Source: an uncultured Desulfosarcina sp. (GTDB taxonomy: Bacteria; Desulfobacterota; Desulfobacteria; Desulfobacterales; Desulfosarcinaceae). Taken from it: a DNA stretch of 64,000 bases. Positions 18,942 through 29,387 of the stretch are shown piece by piece. The translations under genes were made by a program, and so were the position numbers. The DNA is taken from the NCBI GenBank assembly GCA_963674945.2, contig CAXXWQ010000001.1, positions 370,176 to 434,175 of the forward strand, in the 5' to 3' direction. Every line of letters begins with the position of its first letter. The first letter of the stretch is position 1. The notes beneath the pieces are model-generated. The model saw only the letters and a program-made list of their open reading frames with translations. It searched no databases and was not told the origin of the DNA.

Positions 18942-19445
18942 TTATCGGTTTGTCGGTTCATTGTCTTGTACGAATCGATCGTCGGATGTCGTGGTCCGGC
19001 TATCCCTTTTGCTTTTCTCCAACCAGCCCGAACGGGCATTTTCCCGCACATCGAAGGAGGGCACCCACGGTTTGATGTCGAGCAGCGGGGTGCCGTCCAA
19101 TACATCCACTCCCTGTATCGCAAGGACGTGGCCTTCAATTCCGAGCAATTTGACGATGGAAAGGCCGATTGGATTGGGCCTTCTCGGTGCACGTGTGGAA
19201 AACAAACCCCTTTCCACGGTATCCAAAAAAGGCGTCACCGACAGGCGGTACCCTTGGCAGCGATGAAAATAATAGAGTAAAATAATGTGAGAAAAACCCT
19301 CCAGGTCCGATAGCCCCTCTTCGAACCGGGGGTCGAGAACGATATTTCCCGTCACATCTTCTGCTCCCGACGGCTGGATGGGCATGTTCTCCAGCGTCGT
19401 GAAGGGAGAATGGATGGTGCCGATGGGATGAAATCTGATTTCCAT
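18942..19445 (-). CDS. tsaA: tRNA (t6A37-N6)-methyltransferase TrmO/TsaA
   Basis: PIGTIHSPF, GLFSTRAPRRPNPIGLS, DGTPLLDIKP. Confidence 0.9.
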   Translation of the reverse strand: MEIRFHPIGTIHSPFTTLENMPIQPSGAEDVTGNIVLDPRFEEGLSDLEGFSHIILLYYFHRCQGYRLSVTPFLDTVERGLFSTRAPRRPNPIGLSIVKLLGIEGHVLAIQGVDVLDGTPLLDIKPWVPSFDVRENARSGWLEKSKRDSRTTTSDDRFVQDNEPTNR

Positions 19446-19446
19446 G

Positions 19447-20661
19447 TTATCCCTCCGGAATATGGGGGGCGGTGGGAACAGCCGCACCCGTGTTCAAATT
19501 CTTTCCAATGGTGAGAAGAGCGAACAGGATGGTTCCCGAACCCATGAACAGGGCAACGAGGACAAACGCCTGCCGAAGTACGAACCAGTCCATCATGATC
19601 CCTGCCAGAAGCGATCCAACGAGCATGCCGAGGCTGTGGGCCACGGTGAGAAGGGAAATTACCGACCCCATGGCATCGCTACGGCTCCCCTGTAATACGG
19701 CGGCGGCCATGAGTGCCGGCATGGCAATGCCGCCACCCAATCCAAATGCTATGCTGGCCGCAAACATATCCCAAAAGCCGGTAGCGAGGGTGAAGGTATA
19801 GACCGCACAGGCAGCCAACAGTCCGCCGGATACCACCATGAACTTCCGGTTGGAGCGATCCGCCAGCCAGCCCATGGGCACTTGGATGGCGCCGCTGACG
19901 AAAACGCCAAGCATCACCAGGACACCGATGGCCGAGGCGCTGATGGAAAATTCGGTGTCGGCGAATACCGGTAGAAACCCCCAGATGACGCCGATGCATG
20001 TGGTGTGAGCCAGTCGAAAGGAGAAGAGTCCGGCGATCGTTCGGTCGGTGAGGATCTTGAGCCATCCAAGGGGCCTTTTTTTCCTTTGCATCACCCGCTC
20101 CATTTTGGTGGGTGGAAGCAAGACCATACTCATCCCGAAACCGATGAAAGACAAAATTCCCATGCAGGCGAATGCCCCGTTGAGGCTGAAGTGGTCCTTG
20201 ATCACGCCACCGAGGAGCGGGCCGGCACTCAGACCAGTGAACAGGGACATGTTGAACAGTCCCATGATCCATCCCTCCCTGCCCAGTGGTGTAATATCCC
20301 CCACATATGCCTGTACCACCGGCATGATCATGGCCGACGCGATTCCCTGGACGAAGCGAATCATGATCAGTGCCTCCACGCCGCTGGAGAGGATGAACGC
20401 CACCGAGATGGCCGCGTAGGAGAAGAGGCCTGCGACGATAAAGGGCTTCCTTCCTTTTCTATCGGAACGTCGGCCGAAATAGGGTAAAAAGAGGGTGCGG
20501 GACAGGGAGAAGGCTCCGAAGATCAAGCTGATATAGATGCCGCTGGCGCCCAGGTCGTGGGCGTATACCGGCAGCAGTGGCACCACGATACCCACGCCGG
20601 TCACGGCGGCAAAGATGGAGAAGAAGAGAACGCCGAATATTTTGCGATCGGTGGCAATCAT
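19447..20661 (-). CDS. MFS transporter
   Basis: About 12 TM, motif A GRRSDRKGRK and GWLADRSNRK. Confidence 0.92.
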   Translation of the reverse strand: MIATDRKIFGVLFFSIFAAVTGVGIVVPLLPVYAHDLGASGIYISLIFGAFSLSRTLFLPYFGRRSDRKGRKPFIVAGLFSYAAISVAFILSSGVEALIMIRFVQGIASAMIMPVVQAYVGDITPLGREGWIMGLFNMSLFTGLSAGPLLGGVIKDHFSLNGAFACMGILSFIGFGMSMVLLPPTKMERVMQRKKRPLGWLKILTDRTIAGLFSFRLAHTTCIGVIWGFLPVFADTEFSISASAIGVLVMLGVFVSGAIQVPMGWLADRSNRKFMVVSGGLLAACAVYTFTLATGFWDMFAASIAFGLGGGIAMPALMAAAVLQGSRSDAMGSVISLLTVAHSLGMLVGSLLAGIMMDWFVLRQAFVLVALFMGSGTILFALLTIGKNLNTGAAVPTAPHIPEG

Positions 20662-20808
20662 GGGTGATGGAAGACACTCCCTAAAGGAATTGGAAAACCA
20701 TTGTCATTGCCTGTAAAAGATGAAATAATTATCGGCAATTTACCATTGATGACGATGACTTCCGACCCTTATACGCTAGTTTGGGTACCTTTTCGACGGT
20801 TATAATCA

Positions 20809-22950
20809 ATGTCAAAGGACAACGGCATGGACAATTACCAGACCCAGATGGAAAATGCAAAAAAAGGATTTGCGACCTTGGACCTTCCTGCCAACTTCAT
20901 CGCGGATGCGTTGGATCATTTGAAGACCTGGTTGACGGAGCCGATGTTTGCCGAATATGTTCCCCAGATCGATCATTTCATCGAGTCAAAACAGTGGGAC
21001 TTTTTACTGGATTCCTTCTATCAGGTAATTCCATTCGGTACCGGGGGCCGTCGCGGTCTGGTCGGCGTGGGCCCTAATCGCATCAATCCCTGGACCATTC
21101 AGGCATCGGCACAGGGGCACAGCCAATACCTGATCAAGGCCCATGGCGAATCGGCCAGGAGCCGGGGGCTGGTGCTGGCATTCGACGTTCGGCAGTTCAC
21201 CGATACCGCCCGTTACGATGACAATCGACCCAATCCGGTGAAGGACTTAAACTGCAGGCAACTCGCCGAAGCAGCGGCCCGGGTTTACACGGCAAACGGT
21301 ATCAAGGTCTACCTGTTCGACGGCACACGCAGCACGCCTGAGCTTTCGTTTGCCATCCGTCACCTGAACGCCGTCTCCGGGTGTATGTTTTCCGCCAGCC
21401 ATAATCTGCCCACGGACAATGGCAAGAAGGTGTATGATCAATACGGCGGGCAGCTGATTCCGCCCCACGACCAGGAGCTGGTGGACGAGGTAACGGGAAA
21501 CGTTGCCGCCATTCGCTCCATGGACTTGGATGAAGCGATCGAAAAAGGCCTTCTGAGGACAATCGGCGCCGAGGTGGACGCGGCATACCGCGACGCCGTG
21601 TCGGCCATCCGGCTCAGTGATGAAAGGGGCGTGAAGATCCTCTACAGCCCGCTTCACGGAACGGGGCTCACCTCGGTCTATCCCGTTCTCCAGAAAATGG
21701 GGTTTGACATTGAACTGGATCCGGCAACGGCCAACCTGAGCGGTGCCTTTGAGAACGTCACCTTCAACATTCCCAATCCTGAGGTGATTCAGTCCTTTGA
21801 TACCACCATCCCCGCCGCCGACGCCATGGATGCGGACGTGATTATGAGCACCGATCCCGACGCCGACCGTATCGGCATCATGGTGCGGCACCATGACCAG
21901 TGGACCTTCGTAAACGGAAACGAGATCGGTATCGTCCTGAGCGAATACGCCATCGATCAGTATCGGGAAAAGGGACGACTGACCAGTGATAACGTGATCA
22001 TCAAGACAGAGGTGACCAGTTCCCTCATCGACACCATCGCCACGGAAAACGGCATTCAGTGCATCGGCGATCTTCTCGTGGGGTTCAAGTACATCGGCGC
22101 GCAGATGAATCTTCTGGAAGCGTCGGGCCGCCAGAAGGGTTTCTTATTGGGCACCGAAGAGAGTCACGGATTTCTCATGGGCAATTATGCCCGGGACAAG
22201 GATGCCGCCGGTGCCGCCGTCTGGCTGGCCGAACTCACCTCCCGGCTGAAAAAACAGGGAAAGACCCTGGTGGATTATCTGGACGGCATCTATGCGAAAT
22301 ATGGCTACTGCCATAACTACCTGACCGAAATCCGGCTATTGGGGGCAAAGGGAATCGGAAAAATCAAGTCCATCATGGAGCACCTGCGAAATAACGAGAT
22401 TTCGGCGGTGGGCGACTTTGCGGTTTCGGAGAAGATCGACCGTTGGAAAGGAGAGCCCCAGCCCCACCTCTCCCGCACCGATACCTCGTCGCGCAACGTG
22501 TTGATCCTCAAGCTGGACAATCTTCCCGAAACGCGCAGCATCCGCATCACCGTCAGACCATCGGGAACCGAACCCAAGTTCAAGATCTATATCGAGGTGC
22601 TGGGCCGACCCTTCGATCCGTCCGCCATGGACACGGCAAAGGCGGGGATCGTCGAGATTCAGAAAAAACTGGAAAGGGCCTTCATGAACTATTGCTACGG
22701 CATCCTGGGTGTGGATTTTCCCGAGCGGGGATTCCTTTTGTTCTGGCAGCTTCCCCTGGACGACAAACTCAAGTACTTTACGATCGAGGATGAAATCGCC
22801 GGCCTGAAGGCCGTTGCCGATGAAAAAGAGCGGAAAGCGAAACTGGACTCCCTGCTGGATTTTTTGGGTGCCAATCCCGTACGCAAGGTGGACGGGGCCT
22901 TTGCCGAGCGTTTCGGCAGCGGCATAAAGGCCTATTTGGAGTTGGCGTAA
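20809..22950 (+). CDS. phospho-sugar mutase (PGM/PMM family)
   Basis: FGTGGRRG, SASHN phosphoserine loop, DPDADR metal loop, TEESHG, VRPSGTEPKFK. Confidence 0.93.
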   Translation: MSKDNGMDNYQTQMENAKKGFATLDLPANFIADALDHLKTWLTEPMFAEYVPQIDHFIESKQWDFLLDSFYQVIPFGTGGRRGLVGVGPNRINPWTIQASAQGHSQYLIKAHGESARSRGLVLAFDVRQFTDTARYDDNRPNPVKDLNCRQLAEAAARVYTANGIKVYLFDGTRSTPELSFAIRHLNAVSGCMFSASHNLPTDNGKKVYDQYGGQLIPPHDQELVDEVTGNVAAIRSMDLDEAIEKGLLRTIGAEVDAAYRDAVSAIRLSDERGVKILYSPLHGTGLTSVYPVLQKMGFDIELDPATANLSGAFENVTFNIPNPEVIQSFDTTIPAADAMDADVIMSTDPDADRIGIMVRHHDQWTFVNGNEIGIVLSEYAIDQYREKGRLTSDNVIIKTEVTSSLIDTIATENGIQCIGDLLVGFKYIGAQMNLLEASGRQKGFLLGTEESHGFLMGNYARDKDAAGAAVWLAELTSRLKKQGKTLVDYLDGIYAKYGYCHNYLTEIRLLGAKGIGKIKSIMEHLRNNEISAVGDFAVSEKIDRWKGEPQPHLSRTDTSSRNVLILKLDNLPETRSIRITVRPSGTEPKFKIYIEVLGRPFDPSAMDTAKAGIVEIQKKLERAFMNYCYGILGVDFPERGFLLFWQLPLDDKLKYFTIEDEIAGLKAVADEKERKAKLDSLLDFLGANPVRKVDGAFAERFGSGIKAYLELA

Positions 22951-23043
22951 ACAGGTTTCCCCGGATCCCGTGGGATATGGTGGGTCCGGTTTGAATACAA
23001 CGAATCAAGCGACCCTTTCCATTACCACCACCGCACATCAGTG

Positions 23044-24369
23044 TCATGGCGATAAAGTCCTGACACCGCCGGTCTCATCCAGATCGCGCCATTTGTCGAG
23101 AAGCCGAATGGCGTTCTCAATATCCTGTTTTGCTTTGGGATGGTCCGGATTCAGTTTCAAAACCTCGCTCCATGCCTTGATGGCCTTTTCAAGTTCCTCG
23201 TTTAGGAAGAATTTTACTCCTTTGCGATAGAGGGCCTCGGCGCGAGCATGGAGTTGGGCGCGTGCCTGTACAAGCAATTGGGCTGTATCCTCGTAACCTT
23301 CGTCGAGAGCGCTCAAGGTTTTTATGGCATCGGCCTCTTTCCCCTGTTCCAGTAGCGTTTTCCCCCACGCATAGTGGGCCGCATTGAAGATGGCGTTGGC
23401 ATCTTTGTTGAACGGATCCTGGACTGCAATCTCTTGGCATATCGAGATCGCTTCGGCATAGAATTTACCGTCAAGCTTGTGTCGGGCTTTTTCAACCTTC
23501 GTTTTGACAGATTCTCTCAACAGGTGCCGACGCGCTTTGTCGATGGCCTCTTTCCTGCCCGGATACCCTTGGCTGACCTGCTTCAACTGGGGGATCGCCA
23601 GAGAGTACTCCTTTTGATCCAGCAATGCCACACCACGCTGGTAGTAGACGGCATCCTTCAATTTACGGATGTTAGGGGCGTTTGGCTGCAGTGCTTCCAT
23701 ATCGGATACGATCTCCAGTACTTCGTCGTAGCGCTGTTGATCGAGGACCTGCCGCGCGCGTTCGGTCAGCGCCTCGATCTCTTTCCGGGGTACGATGTAC
23801 TTCGATGGCAGTTCGGGCAGCACCAGTTCGGTGGATATCTGAAGCGGTTTTTGCGGGTCCAGGTTGTTAAAGAACGCTATGGCGTATGCCTTGGTGGGAT
23901 CGTTGTACACGTCGGTTGCAATCTTCGTATATGAATCACCGCGGACGACGTTGTAAACCGGGTTGCCGTCGTTGGGGAGCCGGAACTTCAGATAGTAAAA
24001 GGCTTTTCGATGTTCAGGCTTTATACGCAATGCAACAATGAAATTGTTTCTCGCAGTGTTGATATCGCCTCTTTTATACGAATCGATCCCCATCCGATAG
24101 TGTTCTTCCGCCGTTTTATCGATTTCTTTTCCCAGCGTAGCAATCTTTTCAGGGATACTCGTGTCGTTTGGGTCCAACCGTTGAACCACTTGCCAGGCCA
24201 TGAGCGCCTGCTGCAATTCTCCCCGCTTTTCGTGCATTGATGCTCTTTGCCGGTAACCTTTTTGGGGGGAATCTTGAGGGCCATTCGGCGTCGCCTGCTT
24301 TACGGAACCACATCCGTACAGCAACAGGAAGCAAAACAAGAAGATGCAGTATCTTTGCATCGCTTTCAT
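23044..24369 (-). CDS. LysM + TPR lipoprotein
   Basis: Lipobox LYGC, TPR-like helices, LysM YNVVRGDSYTKIA...NNL...L.LP. Confidence 0.8.
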   Translation of the reverse strand: MKAMQRYCIFLFCFLLLYGCGSVKQATPNGPQDSPQKGYRQRASMHEKRGELQQALMAWQVVQRLDPNDTSIPEKIATLGKEIDKTAEEHYRMGIDSYKRGDINTARNNFIVALRIKPEHRKAFYYLKFRLPNDGNPVYNVVRGDSYTKIATDVYNDPTKAYAIAFFNNLDPQKPLQISTELVLPELPSKYIVPRKEIEALTERARQVLDQQRYDEVLEIVSDMEALQPNAPNIRKLKDAVYYQRGVALLDQKEYSLAIPQLKQVSQGYPGRKEAIDKARRHLLRESVKTKVEKARHKLDGKFYAEAISICQEIAVQDPFNKDANAIFNAAHYAWGKTLLEQGKEADAIKTLSALDEGYEDTAQLLVQARAQLHARAEALYRKGVKFFLNEELEKAIKAWSEVLKLNPDHPKAKQDIENAIRLLDKWRDLDETGGVRTLSP

Positions 24370-25358
24370 TGCAGATCCGCCGCATTGAAGGTTTCCAGCA
24401 GTTCTCGGAACGTGTTTAGATTCACATCGTTTTTCACCAATGATCGTTTGATCTTGTAATCATCGACGAAGAACGGATTGCTTCCGGGATCGCGTGTGAA
24501 GGCCGCTCGGTAACCGTATTGCTTTAGCAGTGCGACCACCATGTCGTCGCCGGTGCCGTAAGGGTAGGCAAAGTAGTGACAGGCGTGACCGGTTTGCTGG
24601 CGGATAACTTCGCGTGGGGTGCCGATTTCCACTTTCCATGCGCTGACGAGCGCTTCGCCATTATTTCCATTTCGCGAACGTGTTCCTTTTTTTCCCGACG
24701 AACCATTGGCGCCGATGTCAAAGCCTGCGGCCGCAAGTTTCTTCACCTCTTCCCACGTCATATGACCCGGCCTGCCGATAAGGTCCGGCCGAATAAACAG
24801 CGCCGCCTTCATACGCTGGTGTAGAAGAATCGGATAGGCGATGTCGTAAGCCCAACGTTTTGTGGTGTCAAAGGTGATAACAACCGCCCTGGGGGGCAGC
24901 TGCTCATTGAGATGGAAAAAGGCGTACAACCGGTCCAGGGAGACGGTCGTAAAACCGTTGTCGTTCAAATACGCGAGCTGTTTTGTGAACAGGTCGGCCG
25001 ATACTGCTTCGGGGCGGGTCTGCTCTGCGGTGATGGTTGGATAATAGAGAACCGGGACCGTCTGGTATCCATTTTGTAAGATTCCGCCGGGTGTAACGGG
25101 TTTGAGCGGGATGACAACCTGCTGCGCCTCCCTTGTTTTGGTTATGCCGTTGTATTCGGCAATTTGCCACGCTTTGTCGATGCTGCCGAGATATCGCTCT
25201 GCCAGGCTGGCCAGCGACTCCTTCTTTTGAACGGTAACGATAAGGAAATCCTTGCCGTTGATAATGTCGGACGAGCTGGATTGCTCTGCCGGGACCGGTT
25301 TGGCGACGCAGCAGAGGGTCAGAAGCATCAGAATGGGGAGAATGCGTTTTTCAAGCAT
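24366..25358 (-). CDS. secreted LysM-like + polysaccharide deacetylase (CE4)-like protein, catalytic motifs degenerate
   Basis: Signal peptide, LysM-like segment, VPVLYY, VITFDT, FAYPYG; the usual TFDD and HxxxH motifs are altered. Confidence 0.78.
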   Translation of the reverse strand: MLEKRILPILMLLTLCCVAKPVPAEQSSSSDIINGKDFLIVTVQKKESLASLAERYLGSIDKAWQIAEYNGITKTREAQQVVIPLKPVTPGGILQNGYQTVPVLYYPTITAEQTRPEAVSADLFTKQLAYLNDNGFTTVSLDRLYAFFHLNEQLPPRAVVITFDTTKRWAYDIAYPILLHQRMKAALFIRPDLIGRPGHMTWEEVKKLAAAGFDIGANGSSGKKGTRSRNGNNGEALVSAWKVEIGTPREVIRQQTGHACHYFAYPYGTGDDMVVALLKQYGYRAAFTRDPGSNPFFVDDYKIKRSLVKNDVNLNTFRELLETFNAADLQ

Positions 25359-27078
25359 GGATTCGGCTTTGGATGCGTATGGCCCTGTAAATGTCCACCG
25401 GTTCGGACCTGCCTTTGATCGATTTTTGTCCAAGATGTTCCACCTCCAGCGAGTGGCCCAGATGGTTGTGAACCTCCCGACTCACAATCACCTCTCCAGG
25501 ACCTGCAAACGCATTGAGCCGTGAAGCGAGGTTAACGCTGTCGCCGATGACGGTATACTCCATTTTGGATTGGGATCCCACATTTCCCGCGACGACTTCA
25601 CCGGTGTGGATGCTGATGCCTACGCTGGCAAGCAATTGATTGCCATGAAGGCTCTCTTTCATCAATTCTTCCTGGAGATAGAGAGCCGCCCGTACCGCAC
25701 GATCGACATGATCCTGCCTGTACACGGGTACACCGAAGACACCAAGGACCGCATCACCGATAAATTTATCGATATAACCGCCATACTTGATAATCACCCG
25801 GGTCGCCATTTCAAGATACGTGTTCAATGTTTCGACCACTTGCTCCGGCGCCCTGCTTTCGGCAAATGCGGTAAACCCCCTGACGTCTCCCAGGAGAATC
25901 GTGGCTTCGTTGCGGGTTCCTTTCAGCCATTGCGTTTCAGGGTTGGCAAGAATCATATCCAATACTTCGTTGCCCACATATTTCCCGAACGATTTCTGGG
26001 TCATGGCGTTTTTCCATAACTCCTGGCCCATTTTGTTGAATGAGGCGCCCAGGGTGCCCAACTCATCATTGCGTGTAACGGGAACACGGTACTGATAGTT
26101 CCCTCTGGCGATCTCCTGGGTTGCCTTGAGAAGATGAGAGATGGGGCGGGAGAAACGGAAGCCGTAAAGAATCGCAATGATCAGTCCGACGACGAGGATA
26201 CCCAGGGTGATCAATACGATGGAGATGCGCTCGCGTTGGATCAGATCTTCGATGAAGTTGAGTGAGATGCCCACGTGAACCTGCCCTAACGGTTTTTCCT
26301 TGAAACGGATATCCCGGTAGAGGTCGAGCAGGCGTTCCCCATCCGGGCGACTATAGCTGTAATAGGTGACATCGTTCTTGACGGTTGTTTTCGGATTTTC
26401 GGCAAACTGCTTGAACGGCACCCCGATGAGATTGATGTCGGTATGGGCTTTAATCAAATTGTTGGGTCCGACAATCAGGGCATAGCGCAGTCCTTCAACG
26501 TGTGCCGCCTCCTTGATCAAGGTGTTGAGCCGCAGGATATCATCTTCCAGAAGAGGAATGGGGGCATTATTGGCAAAATAGTTGAGGCTGACCATACCGA
26601 GGCGGACGGTCTGTTCGTGGAGGCGCTCTTTTTGCTGGTTCAGCACCGCCATGCTGAGGGTAAAGATCGTCAGAACGATGATGAACGTCGTGGCCACGGC
26701 CATTTGAATCCACATGGGGATACGAGTGCGGGGAATGCGCTCAAAATAGGCGCCGTACTTGTAGGAGAGCAATTCGCGAATATCGTCGGCCAGCGAGTTG
26801 ACTTCAATCTGATATTCGGCATTGATCGTACGGATAATTTCAGACTCGGCCGCAAACCCGAGATCCACGATAACCCGGCCCAGTCGTACGGCTCTGCCTT
26901 TCTGGACAAGTGTTTCACGCTGACTGTCCAGTGCGGATTTGAGTTGAAACTCCGTGATAATGTTGTTGCGTTTGAGAACCTCGCCGATGAAGAGGTCGTC
27001 GCGTGTCACTTGTCCCCGGCGCAGGCGTTCACGCAACCTTTTGAAGAAAGTGATGATTGACCGTCGAAGAGAGCGCAT
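25351..27078 (-). CDS. membrane class III adenylate cyclase with HAMP and N-terminal MshEN-like domain
   Basis: GDVRGFT, DKFIGDA, GNVGS..MEYTVIGDSVNLASRL; two TM plus HAMP; N-terminal IGEVL...QL..AL..Q / RLGRVIVDLGF repeats. Confidence 0.88.
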   Translation of the reverse strand: MRSLRRSIITFFKRLRERLRRGQVTRDDLFIGEVLKRNNIITEFQLKSALDSQRETLVQKGRAVRLGRVIVDLGFAAESEIIRTINAEYQIEVNSLADDIRELLSYKYGAYFERIPRTRIPMWIQMAVATTFIIVLTIFTLSMAVLNQQKERLHEQTVRLGMVSLNYFANNAPIPLLEDDILRLNTLIKEAAHVEGLRYALIVGPNNLIKAHTDINLIGVPFKQFAENPKTTVKNDVTYYSYSRPDGERLLDLYRDIRFKEKPLGQVHVGISLNFIEDLIQRERISIVLITLGILVVGLIIAILYGFRFSRPISHLLKATQEIARGNYQYRVPVTRNDELGTLGASFNKMGQELWKNAMTQKSFGKYVGNEVLDMILANPETQWLKGTRNEATILLGDVRGFTAFAESRAPEQVVETLNTYLEMATRVIIKYGGYIDKFIGDAVLGVFGVPVYRQDHVDRAVRAALYLQEELMKESLHGNQLLASVGISIHTGEVVAGNVGSQSKMEYTVIGDSVNLASRLNAFAGPGEVIVSREVHNHLGHSLEVEHLGQKSIKGRSEPVDIYRAIRIQSRIHA

Positions 27079-27654
27079 CTATATGTTGAACTCCACTGTG
27101 ATACCCCGAAAAGGGTACGCCGATAGTGCCGAATTCATCACGTTTCGGCATTGATCTGTTTGGGTTGCCGCCGTGCAACACGGTGGCCTGCTCCGTTACA
27201 TGGGTATGACGGTTCGGGTGTAAGCGGGTGGCTATCTGCCATGAGTGACACTATAGAGGCATAACACCTTGTTGTCAAAGGGATTGACTCTTGGTTGCGA
27301 TCGATATTGCATCACCGGTGGATATCCGCCGCCACCCCGTTTCGGCATAACCCCAGGGAGAAAACATGTTGCAGGGCGGGTGAATCACCCACACCCTTGA
27401 CGCTGGCTTCGGATGCCTGTAATTCTCCATGATTGCAGTGTATCTTGTCCAACGCCGGTACCCCCCCCCGGACCCGGATTTTTCCCCTGCCCTGTCCGCA
27501 ATCTTTCCTCCGATCATTTTTTTAAATAAAAAATTACACAATCGTATGTTTTTTCTCATTTTAATTACATTAGTGTCGTTGATGAATTCGATGGAAAATA
27601 CGTTTTATAAAGATATTTTTAAATATATCAATTTATTGAATGGAATATAGAGTT

Positions 27655-27670
27655 CGGTATGCAATGTGCA
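27655..27670 (+). promoter_or_regulatory. probable sigma54 promoter of amt
   Basis: CGGTATGCAATGTGCA (GG-N10-GC) preceded by an AT-rich tract, about 80 bp before the amt start. Confidence 0.55.
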
Positions 27671-27751
27671 ATTTCCTCATGGGCTTTACACATCTGTCGC
27701 TCTTTATTTCGCTAACTTACAAAATTGAAAAGGATGAGAAGGGGAGGTTGA

Positions 27752-29080
27752 ATGAAGCTCTACGTGAAAAGTGCCATTGGTCTGTTTTCCTTGCTGCTTG
27801 TCCCCGTCGCTGCCCTTGCGGCGGAACCCGCTGTTGTGGATACGGGCACGACGGCATGGATGTTGATATCCACTGCCCTGGTTTTGCTTATGGTTCCCGG
27901 TCTCGCCATGTTCTACGGCGGGCTGGTTCGCACAAAGAACGTCTTGGGCACCATGATGCACAGCTTCGTATCCATTGCCATCATCGGTGTGTTGTGGGTG
28001 GTGTGCGGCTATGCCCTGGCCTTTGGCAAGGGGATTTTAGGCGGATTCGTGGGCTGGAATAGCGACTATTTCATGCTCAAAGGGATCGACGATGCCATCG
28101 TCGACGGGGTTCCGGAATACGTGCTGGCCATGTTTCAGGGAAAATTTGCCATCATCACCCCGGCCCTGATCAGTGGTGCACTGGCCGAACGCGTCTATTT
28201 TCGGGGGTACACCCTGTTCATCATCCTCTGGTTCCTTTTTATCTACTGTCCTTTGTGCCACTGGGTATGGGCCGCGGACGGCTGGCTTTTCAACAGCGGC
28301 GCCGCCGGCGTCATCGATCTGGCCGGCGGACTGGTCATCCATGTCTCCGCCGGTGTCAGCGCCCTGGTGGTGGCCCTTTTCCTCGGACCGCGAAAGGGTT
28401 TTCCCAAAGCGGTCATGGCACCCAACAACCTGGTCATGACCATGATGGGTGCCGGTCTGCTATGGGTGGGATGGTTCGGTTTCAATGCCGGGTCAACGGT
28501 GCAAAGCGGCCTGGATACGGCCCGTGCGTTGACCATGACCCAGGTCTCTGCGGCCAGTGGCGCATTGACCTGGATGATCATCGAAGGATTCTCCTTCCGA
28601 AAAGTTACCTCACTGGGCTTCGTATCCGGCATCTTGGCCGGGTTGGTGGTCATCACGCCCGCTGCGGGCGTCGTTCAGCCCGCCGCCGCCATCATTTTGG
28701 GGGCCTTGTCCAGTATCGCCTGCTATTATGCCCTGAACGCGAAGATGAAAATCGGATATGACGACAGCCTGGACTGCTTTGGCATTCACGGGGTGGGCAG
28801 CGGGCTGGGGGTCCTGTTGCTCAGCTTCTTCATTCGCGACAGCTGGATGGCCGCAGCCCGGGAAAACATCTCTGACTGGACGGCCTGGAGTCAGTTTCTC
28901 GTTCAGCTGAAGGGCATGGGGGCAACCATCCTGCTGGCTGTCGTGGGGACTTTGGTCATCTGCGTCGTAATCGAAAAGACCGTGGGTTTTCGTATCGACG
29001 AGCAAAGCGAGTTCGATGGTATGGACAAATCGTTGCACAGTGAGAATGGATATGGCCTGATATTTCCCGAATCCAGATAG
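27752..29080 (+). CDS. amtB: ammonium transporter (Amt family)
   Basis: PGLAMFYGGLVR.KN, FQGKFAIIT, DLAGGLVIH, GWFGFNAGS, DDSLDCFGIHG. Confidence 0.95.
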   Translation: MKLYVKSAIGLFSLLLVPVAALAAEPAVVDTGTTAWMLISTALVLLMVPGLAMFYGGLVRTKNVLGTMMHSFVSIAIIGVLWVVCGYALAFGKGILGGFVGWNSDYFMLKGIDDAIVDGVPEYVLAMFQGKFAIITPALISGALAERVYFRGYTLFIILWFLFIYCPLCHWVWAADGWLFNSGAAGVIDLAGGLVIHVSAGVSALVVALFLGPRKGFPKAVMAPNNLVMTMMGAGLLWVGWFGFNAGSTVQSGLDTARALTMTQVSAASGALTWMIIEGFSFRKVTSLGFVSGILAGLVVITPAAGVVQPAAAIILGALSSIACYYALNAKMKIGYDDSLDCFGIHGVGSGLGVLLLSFFIRDSWMAAARENISDWTAWSQFLVQLKGMGATILLAVVGTLVICVVIEKTVGFRIDEQSEFDGMDKSLHSENGYGLIFPESR

Positions 29081-29098
29081 TGCATGCAAAAATGCGCC

Positions 29099-29130
29099 GG
29101 TTGAAGAGCGCGATAACGCGCTCTTCAACC
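29099..29130. terminator. hairpin downstream of amt
   Basis: Perfect 14-bp stem GGTTGAAGAGCGCG-ataa-CGCGCTCTTCAACC. Confidence 0.55.
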
Positions 29131-29387
29131 ATCCTTTCCACAAAGGCGGCTTTCGGGAATCGAACCGAAGGACCGCCGCCACAACGGTTTTGCGTGAAAT
29201 GTCCCGCCCAAATCCAGGGTCTCTTTTTCATTCCAATTCTTTATCGAACCAATATCGCAAATCGGGCTTAAGTAATCCTTGCGATGACCGAAAAGGATTT
29301 ATAATATCAAACTGTTTCGGAAGTGAGAGCTGATGATTTGTTTGATTTTCCAACAGATTCGACGGTCGATCTTCTCGCTACTCCATT

